A DNA stretch of 40,692 nucleotides, from positions 1 to 40,692 of the IMG/VR virus record IMGVR_UViG_3300006040_000004; one strand, 5' to 3'. This stretch comes from a virus (lineage: Duplodnaviria; Caudoviricetes). The translations under genes were made by a program, and so were the position numbers. Numbering within the stretch: position 1 is the stretch's first letter; each line of letters starts with the position of its first letter. Positions 1-8,117 of this stretch are shown here, one piece after another. The notes below the pieces were generated by a model. That model ran no database searches. It had not been told where the DNA came from and saw nothing but the letters and a program-made list of their open reading frames with translations.

Positions 1-11
1 GTGGGGGGGGG

Positions 12-83
12 GGTTCCGGTTAAATGCCGTTTTAGGGGCTAACCCCTTGATATCTCTACTAACAACTACTTTTAACCGGAACC
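12..83. repeat. 13-bp perfect inverted repeat GGTTCCGGTTAAA (12-24) / TTTAACCGGAACC (71-83)
   Basis: Read directly; non-coding left end. Confidence 0.8.
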
Positions 84-143
84 TACCCGGAAGCTAAAAA
101 TAGTCCATTCGGTAAAACTGACATTTTAGAGGAGAATTACCAC

Positions 144-536
144 ATGAAACGATACTCAGCTAAGTCCCACGATACTGGCATCACTGTGACCATACGCGCC
201 AATCAGGCCGGGCACGCCGCGCATCTATGCGGCGTCCACTGGTACGCGCCCCACGAGTTACGGGCACGGGACACGCCCGGCGCACTCCGAACCGAACACC
301 ATGGCACGTTCGACCTGATTGACCCGGTGACGGGGGATATGATCGACCGCGTGACAGTAACGCCTTACGAAGCCGCTCAAGGCGTTCAGCGGTCAGCCGG
401 AGTTACCGAACCCGTACGCCCGCGCATGGTCACGCTTGACGAACCCACCGTGACCACCCTGCGCGCCTTGGGTGATGGGAATTTGTCCCTTGGAATCCGA
501 CGCGCGGCCACACTGATCGGCGGAGGGGGTGCATAA
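144..536 (+). CDS. Hypothetical protein, possible C-terminal ribbon-helix-helix DNA-binding domain
   Basis: GAGGAG RBS; C-terminal RMVTLDEPTVTTLRALGDGNLSLGIRRA. Confidence 0.65.
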   Translation: MKRYSAKSHDTGITVTIRANQAGHAAHLCGVHWYAPHELRARDTPGALRTEHHGTFDLIDPVTGDMIDRVTVTPYEAAQGVQRSAGVTEPVRPRMVTLDEPTVTTLRALGDGNLSLGIRRAATLIGGGGA

Positions 537-656
537 GTTTTATTTATGCAGCTCTGGGGAATGATAAAAACGTTTAACTGTACAATCACACGCAATGCGT
601 GGTAGTCTGTATCTCAGGTAGCAGACAGCCACCGACAACAACAGGAGTAAATAACG

Positions 657-773
657 ATGAAATTTACCTACGTACTGGCACTCGTGGTCATGTTATCGGG
701 CTGTTCCGGTATCGTTGAATGCGCCACCGATGCCGATTGCGAAGAGAAAAATCCAACAGTGGAGAAATACTAA
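657..773 (+). CDS. Small lipoprotein (38 aa)
   Basis: Not in ORF track; AGGAG RBS; MKFTYVLALVVMLSG^CSGIVECATDADCEEKNPTVEKY with a lipobox. Confidence 0.65.
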   Translation: MKFTYVLALVVMLSGCSGIVECATDADCEEKNPTVEKY

Positions 774-774
774 C

Positions 775-1026
775 ATGAAATTAACCGCAGGAAACAATTT
801 GAGCCTCATGGCGCGTAACGCAGTGCTGGCCGCGTTCACGTACCGCTTGACCACCGAGAACGGATACCCACGGCGCAACCCATGTAATGCCACCGTGCCC
901 GCCATAACGGACACGCAATGGCTTGCAGAACACGCCTTTTGGATTACGAAGTCGGGCAAGCTGGCGCGTAACCGCCGCCACGCCGAACCCGCATATATGG
1001 CCGATACTGACGAAGGGAGTAAATAA
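775..1026 (+). CDS. Hypothetical early protein
   Basis: GGAG RBS before ATG at 775; coupled to neighbouring genes. Confidence 0.7.
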   Translation: MKLTAGNNLSLMARNAVLAAFTYRLTTENGYPRRNPCNATVPAITDTQWLAEHAFWITKSGKLARNRRHAEPAYMADTDEGSK

Positions 1027-1027
1027 C

Positions 1028-1417
1028 ATGATGACTAAACAAGAAGCACAACACCGGGCACACGTGGAACGCGCCCTGTCTATTTACGGTGTGTCCGACG
1101 ATGCACAAGCGGCGATGCGCCGCATCAGTAACGCCCTGCACCGCTGGCATGAACGGGAGTGTAACGGCGATGTGGAGCGCGATGAGGCCACGGGCGCGCC
1201 CTACGCGGTTACGCCGTCAGGCCGCCGGTATTCCGTGGCGGACTTGGAGACGGGCGCGCTGAAGCGCCTGGCGAAACTGGCCGCGTTGTACCCTGATCTG
1301 ATCTTGTACGTCCAGGGCGACCCACGCGGCGCGGCGTTGTATGTGTTGCGCCGCTCAGACGTGCCGGATGGCGAGAACGTAGACGCGTATTACTCGCGCG
1401 GCGTAGCGATTTACTAA
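1028..1417 (+). CDS. Hypothetical early phage protein (QGDPRGAALY motif)
   Basis: GGGAG RBS before ATG at 1028. Confidence 0.75.
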   Translation: MMTKQEAQHRAHVERALSIYGVSDDAQAAMRRISNALHRWHERECNGDVERDEATGAPYAVTPSGRRYSVADLETGALKRLAKLAALYPDLILYVQGDPRGAALYVLRRSDVPDGENVDAYYSRGVAIY

Positions 1418-1432
1418 CGGGAGTAAATAAAC

Positions 1433-1621
1433 ATGAAAACGAATCTACGCGGCTCACCGCCTACGTTTGATGTCGATAAGTGGCTTGAAAATCTGCTGCT
1501 GGACGAACACCGAGCCGCATACAGTGCGATGACGCCAGACCAAAAGATGTGTGTCCATTTTGCATACAGTAGCGGGTTTTTGACGGGAGTAAATAAACAT
1601 GATTTATACGACATTAAATAA
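1433..1621 (+). CDS. Hypothetical protein
   Basis: GGGAG RBS; 62 aa ORF. Confidence 0.6.
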   Translation: MKTNLRGSPPTFDVDKWLENLLLDEHRAAYSAMTPDQKMCVHFAYSSGFLTGVNKHDLYDIK

Positions 1622-2234
1622 AATACTGGCGTACAGTCCCTGCGGGCAGAGGGTAAGCCGCCCATTGACGGGCTGGCTCAAACTGCTCAGTTACTTGGGC
1701 AAAACCGGCCCGGACGACGACCCGTTGGCGCTGTCCGTCGTGCTGGAGTCTAACGGGTTAGCCGACGCCCTATGGGTTTGCCGCACGGTGCCGGAACACG
1801 CCGACGCCGTGCGGGGGCTGGCACGGAGATACGCCTTAGACGTGATCCACCTATGGGATGCGCCCGACATCGTTAGGCGCTTTCTGGAAACGGGGGATGA
1901 AAGCCTGGCGGCAGAGGCGGCAGGGGCGGCGGCAAGGGCGGCAAGGGCGGCAGAGGCGGCAAGGACGGCATGGGCGGCAGAGGTGGCAGAGGTGGCAGAG
2001 GCGGCAGAGGTGGCAGAGGCGGCATGGGCGGCATGGGCGGCAAGGACGGCAAGGGCGGCAGAGGTGGCAGAGGCGGCAGCAAGAGCGGCAATGGCGGCAG
2101 CATGGGCAGCAAGGGCGGCAAGGACGGCAGCAAGAGCGGCAATGGCGGCAGAGGCGGCAGAGGCAGCATGGGCGGCAGAGGCGGCGAAACAGCGCGTGCG
2201 ATTCATGACCATCTTAGAGGAGAACGGAACATGA
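1599..2234 (+). CDS. Hypothetical phage protein with Ala-rich (AAWAA/AAEAA) low-complexity C-terminal half
   Basis: RBS; N-terminal TTLNKI..SPC..GW.KLL..LGKT..SNGL.DALW, then short degenerate repeats. Confidence 0.8.
   Translation: MIYTTLNKILAYSPCGQRVSRPLTGWLKLLSYLGKTGPDDDPLALSVVLESNGLADALWVCRTVPEHADAVRGLARRYALDVIHLWDAPDIVRRFLETGDESLAAEAAGAAARAARAAEAARTAWAAEVAEVAEAAEVAEAAWAAWAARTARAAEVAEAAARAAMAAAWAARAARTAARAAMAAEAAEAAWAAEAAKQRVRFMTILEENGT
1906..2186 (+). repeat. Degenerate 9-bp coding tandem repeats (GGCGGCAGA / GGCGGCAAG / GGCGGCATG variants)
   Basis: Read directly. Confidence 0.85.
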
Positions 2235-2470
2235 AAATATTTGAGCGAGACTTAAGTAAACCCTTCCCCCATACGGGCACGCGTCCCACACGGATCGACC
2301 GCCGCGCAGCGTACCTACGCCGTAAGCGCATACGTGAGGCACGCGTGCCTGATGCTGGTTTTCTACCTGGTGCAGATGACGCGCCTCGTCCAGCACGCCG
2401 GTATAACCGCCTGTTTCCCGCCGTCGTGGCGGTCGTGGCCGCACTGGTGGCGTGGGGGTTATGGCCGTGA
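2231..2470 (+). CDS. Hypothetical protein with C-terminal transmembrane helix
   Basis: ATGA overlap with the upstream stop; ends LFPAVVAVVAALVAWGLWP. Confidence 0.65.
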   Translation: MKIFERDLSKPFPHTGTRPTRIDRRAAYLRRKRIREARVPDAGFLPGADDAPRPARRYNRLFPAVVAVVAALVAWGLWP

Positions 2471-2570
2471 TCGAACCAACGGACTATATGGGGTTTATAT
2501 CCTACCTACGCGCGCAGATCGCCGCACTGCGCGAGGGGCGGCGGTTTAGTTTTATATCTACACGGAGTGA

Positions 2571-2768
2571 ATGCCAATGATCGCACCAACGAAAGAGGAA
2601 GTTTACGAGGCGCGATACGCCTCACGCCTCACGCAGAAGGCCGCCGCTGCACTGATCGGCGCGACGGAACGCGCGTGGCAAGAATGGGAGGGCGGGCGGC
2701 GTAATATGCCCGCCGCTAAATACAAACTGTTTCTGATATTGATCGCAGACACGAGGGTGGACGACTGA
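2571..2768 (+). CDS. XRE-family helix-turn-helix protein
   Basis: LTQKAAAALIGATERAWQEWEGGRRNMP HTH signature. Confidence 0.85.
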   Translation: MPMIAPTKEEVYEARYASRLTQKAAAALIGATERAWQEWEGGRRNMPAAKYKLFLILIADTRVDD

Positions 2769-2813
2769 CAGGCAGATGATGACCGATGTACCACTAACGC
2801 GGGAGATGCCGCT

Positions 2814-2963
2814 ATGAGACGAACCATGATGGCCGCAGCGGCGCTACTCGCCATATTCGCCCCTACGATGTGCCAAGCGGCGGAAAACGGCGCTGGCGGG
2901 GTCTGGCTCAACCTGGGGGGCGTTTCCCATCACTTCACCGCCGCCAGAGTGAACACGCCTTGA
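2814..2963 (+). pseudogene. Possible truncated secreted/outer-membrane protein gene
   Basis: GGGAG RBS; signal peptide then WLNLGGVSHHF; runs into the convergent primase 3' end and stops after 49 aa. Confidence 0.4.
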
Positions 2964-5281
2964 GCGGCGGAGTACGCCGCCATTGCCGCCGCGCCCGTTA
3001 GCGACCAGGAAAAGTGTCCCTCACGCACGTACAGCGTGGGGCGCTGGCCGTCGGGTTGCACGGGGTTATTGGTGCGCCCGTCTACCAGGCCGGGGTGTTT
3101 CACATACCCTAACCCCTCCAGGAGCGCACCGCGTTGGGCGCGTGGAACACTTCGTCCCGCTTGCATCTCCTTAAGCAGATGATCTAAAAAGTGTGATGAT
3201 GCCCACCCGTCCCGGAATCCTACACGCCCATTGTCCGCCGCGTGCAGTATCTCCTGTTCGATAGATGACCGGCTCAGTTGGATGGCCTCGCGCGTGCTGC
3301 TCGTCGTGGGTGCTTCGTGGCACGCCCCGGCGGGGTCGAACTCAGCGGCGATGGGGTACGAACGCAGGTAATCCGCCACCACCGAATACCCATACTTGGC
3401 GCCGTGCTTCGCGTACTTGTTGCGCCCCTCGAACCAGTCATACAGATCGGGGAAGTACGTCCCGCCCATGCCGTCCCGTATTTTATCAGCCTTAGACTGC
3501 TGTGCAGTGTATAGGATGCAGTAGCGGCGGTTATCGGTGTTGACGGGCACACCGTCCTTGTGGTTCGTACACATGAGGCCATTGGCGCGGTTGTCCCCCA
3601 TGACCTGATTCGCGCCCTTACCCTCGAACTGGATGCGGTCATTTGTGACCATCGCCTTGAACGCTTCCAGGAAGTCCCGACGGTGCGGGACATATATCTC
3701 CTCGATGCCTATAAATATTTTACGATCCAACCAGCTATTGAACTTTGCCCCGTTTTTCGCCATGTCGGCCACGTCCGGAAGGTGCGTATACCTGTGCCCG
3801 ACGGCATGGGACAGGCAGCGAATTACGGCGCTCTTACCGTTGCCCACGGTGCCCTGTAACACTGGCCAATACTGAAATTTACGCCCCGGATTTTGCACGA
3901 GTGAAGCGCAGTAACTCAGCAGGATTTCACGATCGCGGGGATCGGGTAGCATCTTCGTAATCAGGTTTACGAACGGCGCGGGGTCGCCGGAAACACTCAA
4001 TGTGTCCGTGGGAAGGTAGGTGTTAAACAGTATGCGCCCCTCTTCCTGCACCAGTGCGCCTGGTTCCAGTTCTGGACGGAAACACAACGAGTGCGCACGC
4101 GGGAACCGTAGCGCCTGGGACTGCGTAAAACACTCCCACGCCTTGCGGCTGCTGCGGGTGTTCGCGTCGTCCATCGTGTAATTAAATCCGCCGTACCGCA
4201 CGTTAAAGCGCGCTTCGTCCAATGTCGCGCCGTCGGGGGTGAAAATCAGATTACGATCTTCGACATACACGCAGCCTGCGAACACGGCGGCCTGCTGATC
4301 CACGTTTACGAACGTAGAACCCGACACAGGGGAGGGGGTGGCTGCGCCGGTAACGCGGATGCCTACCGATTCGGCGGGGGTGTCCTTACAGAAGGCTTTC
4401 TGCCCTGAACAGGCGAACAACACGGTACGGGTCAGGTAATCGTCCCGATCCCATTTTTCCCGCACCAGGCCAGAGGTGAGCATGATTCGGTGGATTCGTT
4501 CGCAGTCCCCACCCGTCCAGAACGCGAGGTGGCGCGCAAGGGCAGCGTCCGCCCCGCTGGCGTCGTAAGGGCGCTCGGGATCGGGAAACGCCGCACTGAG
4601 AGCGTCCACGTCTGCCGTCCAGAGTTGGTCGAACGAGGCGGTACGCCCGAACGCGCTGGAGGCGCTCTTACTGTTGCGCGCCCGGCGTATTAGGTCGGCG
4701 TCATCGGCGGGGCCGCGCCATTCGGGGTGAGGCGCGTCCGTCCAGGCAGGGAGCGCGCCTTCCGGTGCGTCAGGTACGGGGGCGAAATACTGTGTGACCA
4801 ACGCGGCCAGGGCGGCGGAACAGTCCAGCCCGGCGTCCCCGATGGCTTGATCGGTACGCCCGAACGCCACGAATCGGGAGGCGTGGTAAAACTCCAGGTG
4901 GTGCACGTCGTTCTTGCACTTGTGTGGGGGTATCGTCCCCGTGCCGATGATGTGCAGGCCACGCCCGGACTGCGAGACTTCCACGAACGCGCCAGCGAAC
5001 ATCGCGCACAGAGCCAGCGCGAGGGGCGACCACTTACCGTCCGGCTGGAGGCAGCTATCAATATCCAGGAGCCAGAACGGGTCGTTCTCGGTGAGGGCGA
5101 ACCCAACGAGAGGGCTATGTTCCCGCGCGTTTTCGTAGGTCGTCCAGATGCGTGGGTCTTGCGCGTCGGACACAGCTCCGGTGCCCCAGTCGGTGGGTTT
5201 TTTGTCCATCTTGCCCGCCGAACCAGCGCGGGGGACGAGCTTATAAGTGACGAATTGATGATATGGGAGGAGTGCATTCAT
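2930..5281 (-). CDS. Primase-polymerase / D5-like SF3 helicase fusion
   Basis: LDID and EVSQSGRGLH primase-polymerase motifs; Walker A QGTVGNGKS; TNH motif. Confidence 0.9.
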   Translation of the reverse strand: MNALLPYHQFVTYKLVPRAGSAGKMDKKPTDWGTGAVSDAQDPRIWTTYENAREHSPLVGFALTENDPFWLLDIDSCLQPDGKWSPLALALCAMFAGAFVEVSQSGRGLHIIGTGTIPPHKCKNDVHHLEFYHASRFVAFGRTDQAIGDAGLDCSAALAALVTQYFAPVPDAPEGALPAWTDAPHPEWRGPADDADLIRRARNSKSASSAFGRTASFDQLWTADVDALSAAFPDPERPYDASGADAALARHLAFWTGGDCERIHRIMLTSGLVREKWDRDDYLTRTVLFACSGQKAFCKDTPAESVGIRVTGAATPSPVSGSTFVNVDQQAAVFAGCVYVEDRNLIFTPDGATLDEARFNVRYGGFNYTMDDANTRSSRKAWECFTQSQALRFPRAHSLCFRPELEPGALVQEEGRILFNTYLPTDTLSVSGDPAPFVNLITKMLPDPRDREILLSYCASLVQNPGRKFQYWPVLQGTVGNGKSAVIRCLSHAVGHRYTHLPDVADMAKNGAKFNSWLDRKIFIGIEEIYVPHRRDFLEAFKAMVTNDRIQFEGKGANQVMGDNRANGLMCTNHKDGVPVNTDNRRYCILYTAQQSKADKIRDGMGGTYFPDLYDWFEGRNKYAKHGAKYGYSVVADYLRSYPIAAEFDPAGACHEAPTTSSTREAIQLSRSSIEQEILHAADNGRVGFRDGWASSHFLDHLLKEMQAGRSVPRAQRGALLEGLGYVKHPGLVDGRTNNPVQPDGQRPTLYVREGHFSWSLTGAAAMAAYSAAQGVFTLAAVK

Positions 5282-6228
5282 GTTAGATAGCTCCCGATGA
5301 ACGCTTTGGCCGCTTCGGCATTGATAGCATTGCCGTAACCGCGCAGTCGTCCCACACGGGCGGCAGCCCCATGAGCCAGCGGGAATGTGCCGGGTTCAAC
5401 TGGCCGCCATTTTCCATCGCGGCATCCGAGCCAGTCAGCATCTCGCCAGAAACCGTTAGTCGGGCGGCTTGGGGGTGACATACGAGGTGTTGTGCCCATA
5501 TGGCAAGGCACGTTCCGCTGTTCGGTCGGTCGTACTGGCGCGCGGAGTACGCTTGGGGGTCGCCCGTCCGGCTGTGATTCACGTTGTGGCAGTCGGGCGT
5601 CGGCCAACCTGTTAGCGTCACATGCTCCCGTAGGTTCGAGCAACCGCCTTTCAACTTGTTCCGGGCCAACGCTTCCCCCGTTTTTGGTGGCAACGTGTCC
5701 ATACAGTTCGGTGTCGGCCATCCTGTCCGCAACAAACCAGAGTCGTTGTCGGATGTGCGGCGCGCCGACGCCCGCAGCGCAGAGATCGACCGCCCCTGTG
5801 GCGTAGCCCGCTCCTTCCAGGTCAGCTTGTACAAGGTCGAGCCAACCGAGGCCGTCAGGGCTTGCAACTTGCTCACCAAAGATCGTGTCAGGCTGGCACT
5901 GTGTGATGAGGTGGAAGAATGCAGGCCAGAGGTGCCGCTCGTCAGACATCCCAGCGCCTTTGCCTGCCGCGCTGAAAGGTTGGCAGGGGCAAGAGCCAGT
6001 CCAAACTGGGCGATCGTCAGGCCACCCAGCTTGTCGCAGGGCATAGTCCCATCCTGCGACCCCCGCGAACCAGTGACACCTGAGGAACCCGGCAGCGTCG
6101 CTTGGTAAAACATCTTCGATTGATCGTTCATCTACTTCCCCTCGCATAATGTGACCCGCTTTCATCAACTCTCGAATCCAAGCAGCCGCGAAGGGGTCGC
6201 GCTCATTGTAATAAGCCCACTTTTTCAT
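5278..6228 (-). CDS. DNA (cytosine-5) methyltransferase, main subunit
   Basis: FAGVAG (motif I), GSCPCQPFS (IV), EQV (VI), HIRQRLW (VIII), GYGNAI (X). Confidence 0.9.
   Translation of the reverse strand: MKKWAYYNERDPFAAAWIRELMKAGHIMRGEVDERSIEDVLPSDAAGFLRCHWFAGVAGWDYALRQAGWPDDRPVWTGSCPCQPFSAAGKGAGMSDERHLWPAFFHLITQCQPDTIFGEQVASPDGLGWLDLVQADLEGAGYATGAVDLCAAGVGAPHIRQRLWFVADRMADTELYGHVATKNGGSVGPEQVERRLLEPTGACDANRLADARLPQRESQPDGRPPSVLRAPVRPTEQRNVPCHMGTTPRMSPPSRPTNGFWRDADWLGCRDGKWRPVEPGTFPLAHGAAARVGRLRGYGNAINAEAAKAFIGSYLT
5283..6131 (-). CDS. Overlapping alternate-frame ORF, candidate methyltransferase beta subunit (true start uncertain)
   Basis: 282 open codons nested in the MTase; two GWPTP repeats; motif IX-like LNPAHSRWLMGLP. 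Confidence 0.6.
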   Translation of the reverse strand: MNDQSKMFYQATLPGSSGVTGSRGSQDGTMPCDKLGGLTIAQFGLALAPANLSARQAKALGCLTSGTSGLHSSTSSHSASLTRSLVSKLQALTASVGSTLYKLTWKERATPQGRSISALRASARRTSDNDSGLLRTGWPTPNCMDTLPPKTGEALARNKLKGGCSNLREHVTLTGWPTPDCHNVNHSRTGDPQAYSARQYDRPNSGTCLAIWAQHLVCHPQAARLTVSGEMLTGSDAAMENGGQLNPAHSRWLMGLPPVWDDCAVTAMLSMPKRPKRSSGAI

Positions 6229-6530
6229 GTCCGTAGCGCCCGAATCGCCGCGCCCTTCAAGGCCGGGGATGCGGCCAGTGCCTTACTGTCCTTGGCGGCG
6301 AGTCCTTGCGCGAGTACCACCAGGTCACGCTCGGCGATGGCGGCGCTCATAATCGCACGCTTGAGCTGCGGCATGGTGGCGAAATAATATGACACCAGGG
6401 CCGGGCTGCACCCGTGCGCCGTGGCGAGCGCGTCACGGGTCACGCGGTCGTAGCCGACGGCGCGGGCGATTATCAGCGCGGCGGCGAGGAGTTCCCGCTT
6501 GTGTTCGATAGGGCGTTTACGTGTTCTCAC
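6225..6530 (-). CDS. TetR-like HTH protein
   Basis: LLAAALIIARAVGYDRVTRDALATAHGCSPALVSYYF; GTG start at 6530 after a G-rich RBS. Confidence 0.8.
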   Translation of the reverse strand: MRTRKRPIEHKRELLAAALIIARAVGYDRVTRDALATAHGCSPALVSYYFATMPQLKRAIMSAAIAERDLVVLAQGLAAKDSKALAASPALKGAAIRALRT

Positions 6531-6531
6531 T

Positions 6532-6912
6532 TTAAATCCCCCCAGTACTGAAAATGGCGTAACCACCCATCGAGTTTACCATGTCGGCCCATCGCCGCTG
6601 TCCTTGTTCGTGTTCATCCCCCGCCGACGGTTTCCACCCAGGCCGCTTAACCTCGATGCTCACGAACTGCCCGATTGTCGTCCCTACCATCGCTTGCGTG
6701 ATAAGTACGGGGCGTATGCCGATCAGATCGGCGCTACGGACGTGCGTACCTACGGCGGGGGAGTCGTTACACAACCCCCAGCGGATGAAATTCCCGTTCT
6801 CTAGTTTCCCCGCGCCCCGATTGTTCCTCCACACGCGCCACCCGGCGGCACTCGCCGCCAGGCGCACATCGGTAGTCACTGACGTTTCACTTAATCCCGT
6901 TTTAGTGTTCAT
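6532..6912 (-). CDS. VRR-NUC domain nuclease
   Basis: SET..., SADLIG, IEVKRP, EQGQRRW PD-(D/E)XK motifs. Confidence 0.85.
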   Translation of the reverse strand: MNTKTGLSETSVTTDVRLAASAAGWRVWRNNRGAGKLENGNFIRWGLCNDSPAVGTHVRSADLIGIRPVLITQAMVGTTIGQFVSIEVKRPGWKPSAGDEHEQGQRRWADMVNSMGGYAIFSTGGI

Positions 6913-6938
6913 TTTTTAATCCTGTTTTGGTGTAATCC

Positions 6939-6985
6939 CCGTGTTACGCACCATTTTTGGTGCCTAATACATGTTAGGCACCAAA
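6939..6985 (+). other. attI/dif-like recombination site 1: TTTGGTGCCTAA-TACATG-TTAGGCACCAAA with upstream GTTACGC box
   Basis: 12-bp perfect arms with 6-bp spacer; contains GTTAGGC core (6973-6979); GTTACGC at 6943-6949; caps cassette array 1. Confidence 0.6.
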
Positions 6986-7167
6986 CTAAATCCTGTGCGT
7001 CGTTCTTTCCCGTCTGTGTGAATTGCCTTCAGTAAGTACCTGCGCACCTTCCCGATGCCATCAACCGCGCATACGCCATTTGGTAGAATCTCAATAATTT
7101 CGAGCACCCTGTTCTTTCCCATGCGCGGGTCATTGTCTTTAATCTTGTCGCCAATTTTCAGCTCCAT
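6964..7167 (-). CDS. Cassette hypothetical protein (small, SH3/KOW-like beta protein)
   Basis: GAGGTGA RBS; LKIGDKIKDND; stop lies inside the palindromic site. Confidence 0.7.
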   Translation of the reverse strand: MELKIGDKIKDNDPRMGKNRVLEIIEILPNGVCAVDGIGKVRRYLLKAIHTDGKERRTGFSLVPNMY

Positions 7168-7191
7168 ATCTCACCTCTCTATAGTTAAAAC

Positions 7192-7254
7192 CCCTAACCC
7201 GGCGGTGAAGAGGGATCGCCCAAAAGCGGGCGACCCCTTACCTCTACGTTAGGG
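7192..7254 (+). other. attC site
   Basis: CCCTAAC...GTTAGGG with inner GTGAAGAGGGATCGCCC / GGGCGACCCCTTAC pairing. Confidence 0.85.
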
Positions 7255-7454
7255 CGCAGTTTCTTAGCTTCATCTGCTGCCCATAAAAACCATTGGCTAG
7301 GTGTCATAGCGTAGTATCCATTTGGACCTGTGTCAGAAAGTAATTCACCCAGACATTTGGCTGCAATCTCCCATGTTATTGGGTCACGCCCTAACCCGGC
7401 GGTGAAGAGGGACTGCCCGTCTGCGGGGCTTTTTACGTTCACTGGTTTATTCAT
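7194..7454 (-). CDS. Cassette hypothetical protein, overlapping two attC sites
   Basis: AAGGAG RBS and ATG 7454 lie inside the loop of the 7389-7511 attC; stop inside the 7192-7254 attC. Confidence 0.6.
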   Translation of the reverse strand: MNKPVNVKSPADGQSLFTAGLGRDPITWEIAAKCLGELLSDTGPNGYYAMTPSQWFLWAADEAKKLRPNVEVRGRPLLGDPSSPPG

Positions 7455-7511
7455 GCCCACTCCTTTTTTGTTAGTTCACTAATCGGGCAGCCCCTTACCT
7501 TGACGTTAGGC
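7389..7511 (+). other. attC site with long variable terminal loop
   Basis: CCCTAACCCGGCGGTGAAGAGGGACTGCCC ... GGGCAGCCCCTTACCTTGACGTTAGGC. Confidence 0.8.
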
Positions 7512-7709
7512 ACCACCCGGTGTGGTTTCGTCGATCTCTTTTATTATTGCTTCCATTTGTTCAACAATTTCACGGAATTCAATGATTGAATCAGATGCTT
7601 TTACTCTCACGTCTCCGAAATGTAAAAATATTCCACGCTCGACTATATCACCGTCTGAATCATAGTCATTTACTGAAAAATTAATGTTTTTTGGGTGCGC
7701 CATGTTCAT
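7506..7709 (-). CDS. Cassette hypothetical protein (acidic, 67 aa)
   Basis: Fills the space between two attC sites; stop TAA coincides with the GTTAGGC core. Confidence 0.75.
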   Translation of the reverse strand: MNMAHPKNINFSVNDYDSDGDIVERGIFLHFGDVRVKASDSIIEFREIVEQMEAIIKEIDETTPGGA

Positions 7710-7727
7710 ACCCTCTTTTAAGTTTCA

Positions 7728-7783
7728 GTCTAACGAGTCGTTGGAGCGCGACGGCTTCGCCGCGCCTCAACTATGCGTTAGGC
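7728..7783 (+). other. attC site
   Basis: GTCTAACGAGTCGTTGGAGCGCGACGGCTTCGCCGCGCCTCAACTATGCGTTAGGC. Confidence 0.9.
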
Positions 7784-8038
7784 ACCATTCTCCATGACGT
7801 ATTTTTTAGCATCATCCTTTGATACATCTACGCCATCCCAATCCAAATAAATAGTGTCGGCATTGCATTCGTCGATCATCTGGCAAATTAACTCTTTTTG
7901 CTCTGGCGTGTCGCGCTGCGTCATCGCTCCGGCGGACGCCCCAAGGGCAAAGTAACTTTTGAGAAGATCCCTGCCTTTTTCACTATTGAGATTCCATGCT
8001 TTCAGAGTTCCCCACTTTAGGGTAATATGGTCTTTCAT
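7778..8038 (-). CDS. Cassette hypothetical protein (LKWGTLKAW motif)
   Basis: GAGG RBS; stop coincides with the attC core. Confidence 0.8.
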   Translation of the reverse strand: MKDHITLKWGTLKAWNLNSEKGRDLLKSYFALGASAGAMTQRDTPEQKELICQMIDECNADTIYLDWDGVDVSKDDAKKYVMENGA

Positions 8039-8054
8039 TTCACTACCTCATTAT

Positions 8055-8111
8055 GCCTAACTTTTCGTCCAAGCGGACTGCTCCGCCGCCGCTTAACTCA
8101 CGGCGTTAGGC
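8055..8111 (+). other. attC site
   Basis: GCCTAACTTTTCGTCCAAGCGGACTGCTCCGCCGCCGCTTAACTCACGGCGTTAGGC; same layout as the aadA-type 59-base element top strand. Confidence 0.92.
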
Positions 8112-8117
8112 GTCAAT

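Noticed and set aside
1-13. Poly-G left end and poly-C right end as inverted terminal repeats
   Set aside because: Complementarity does not extend beyond the homopolymer; more likely assembly breakpoints
1691-2230. Arg/Gln-, Pro/Leu- and Gly-rich alternative ORFs
   Set aside because: Shadow frames of the stop-free 9-bp repeats
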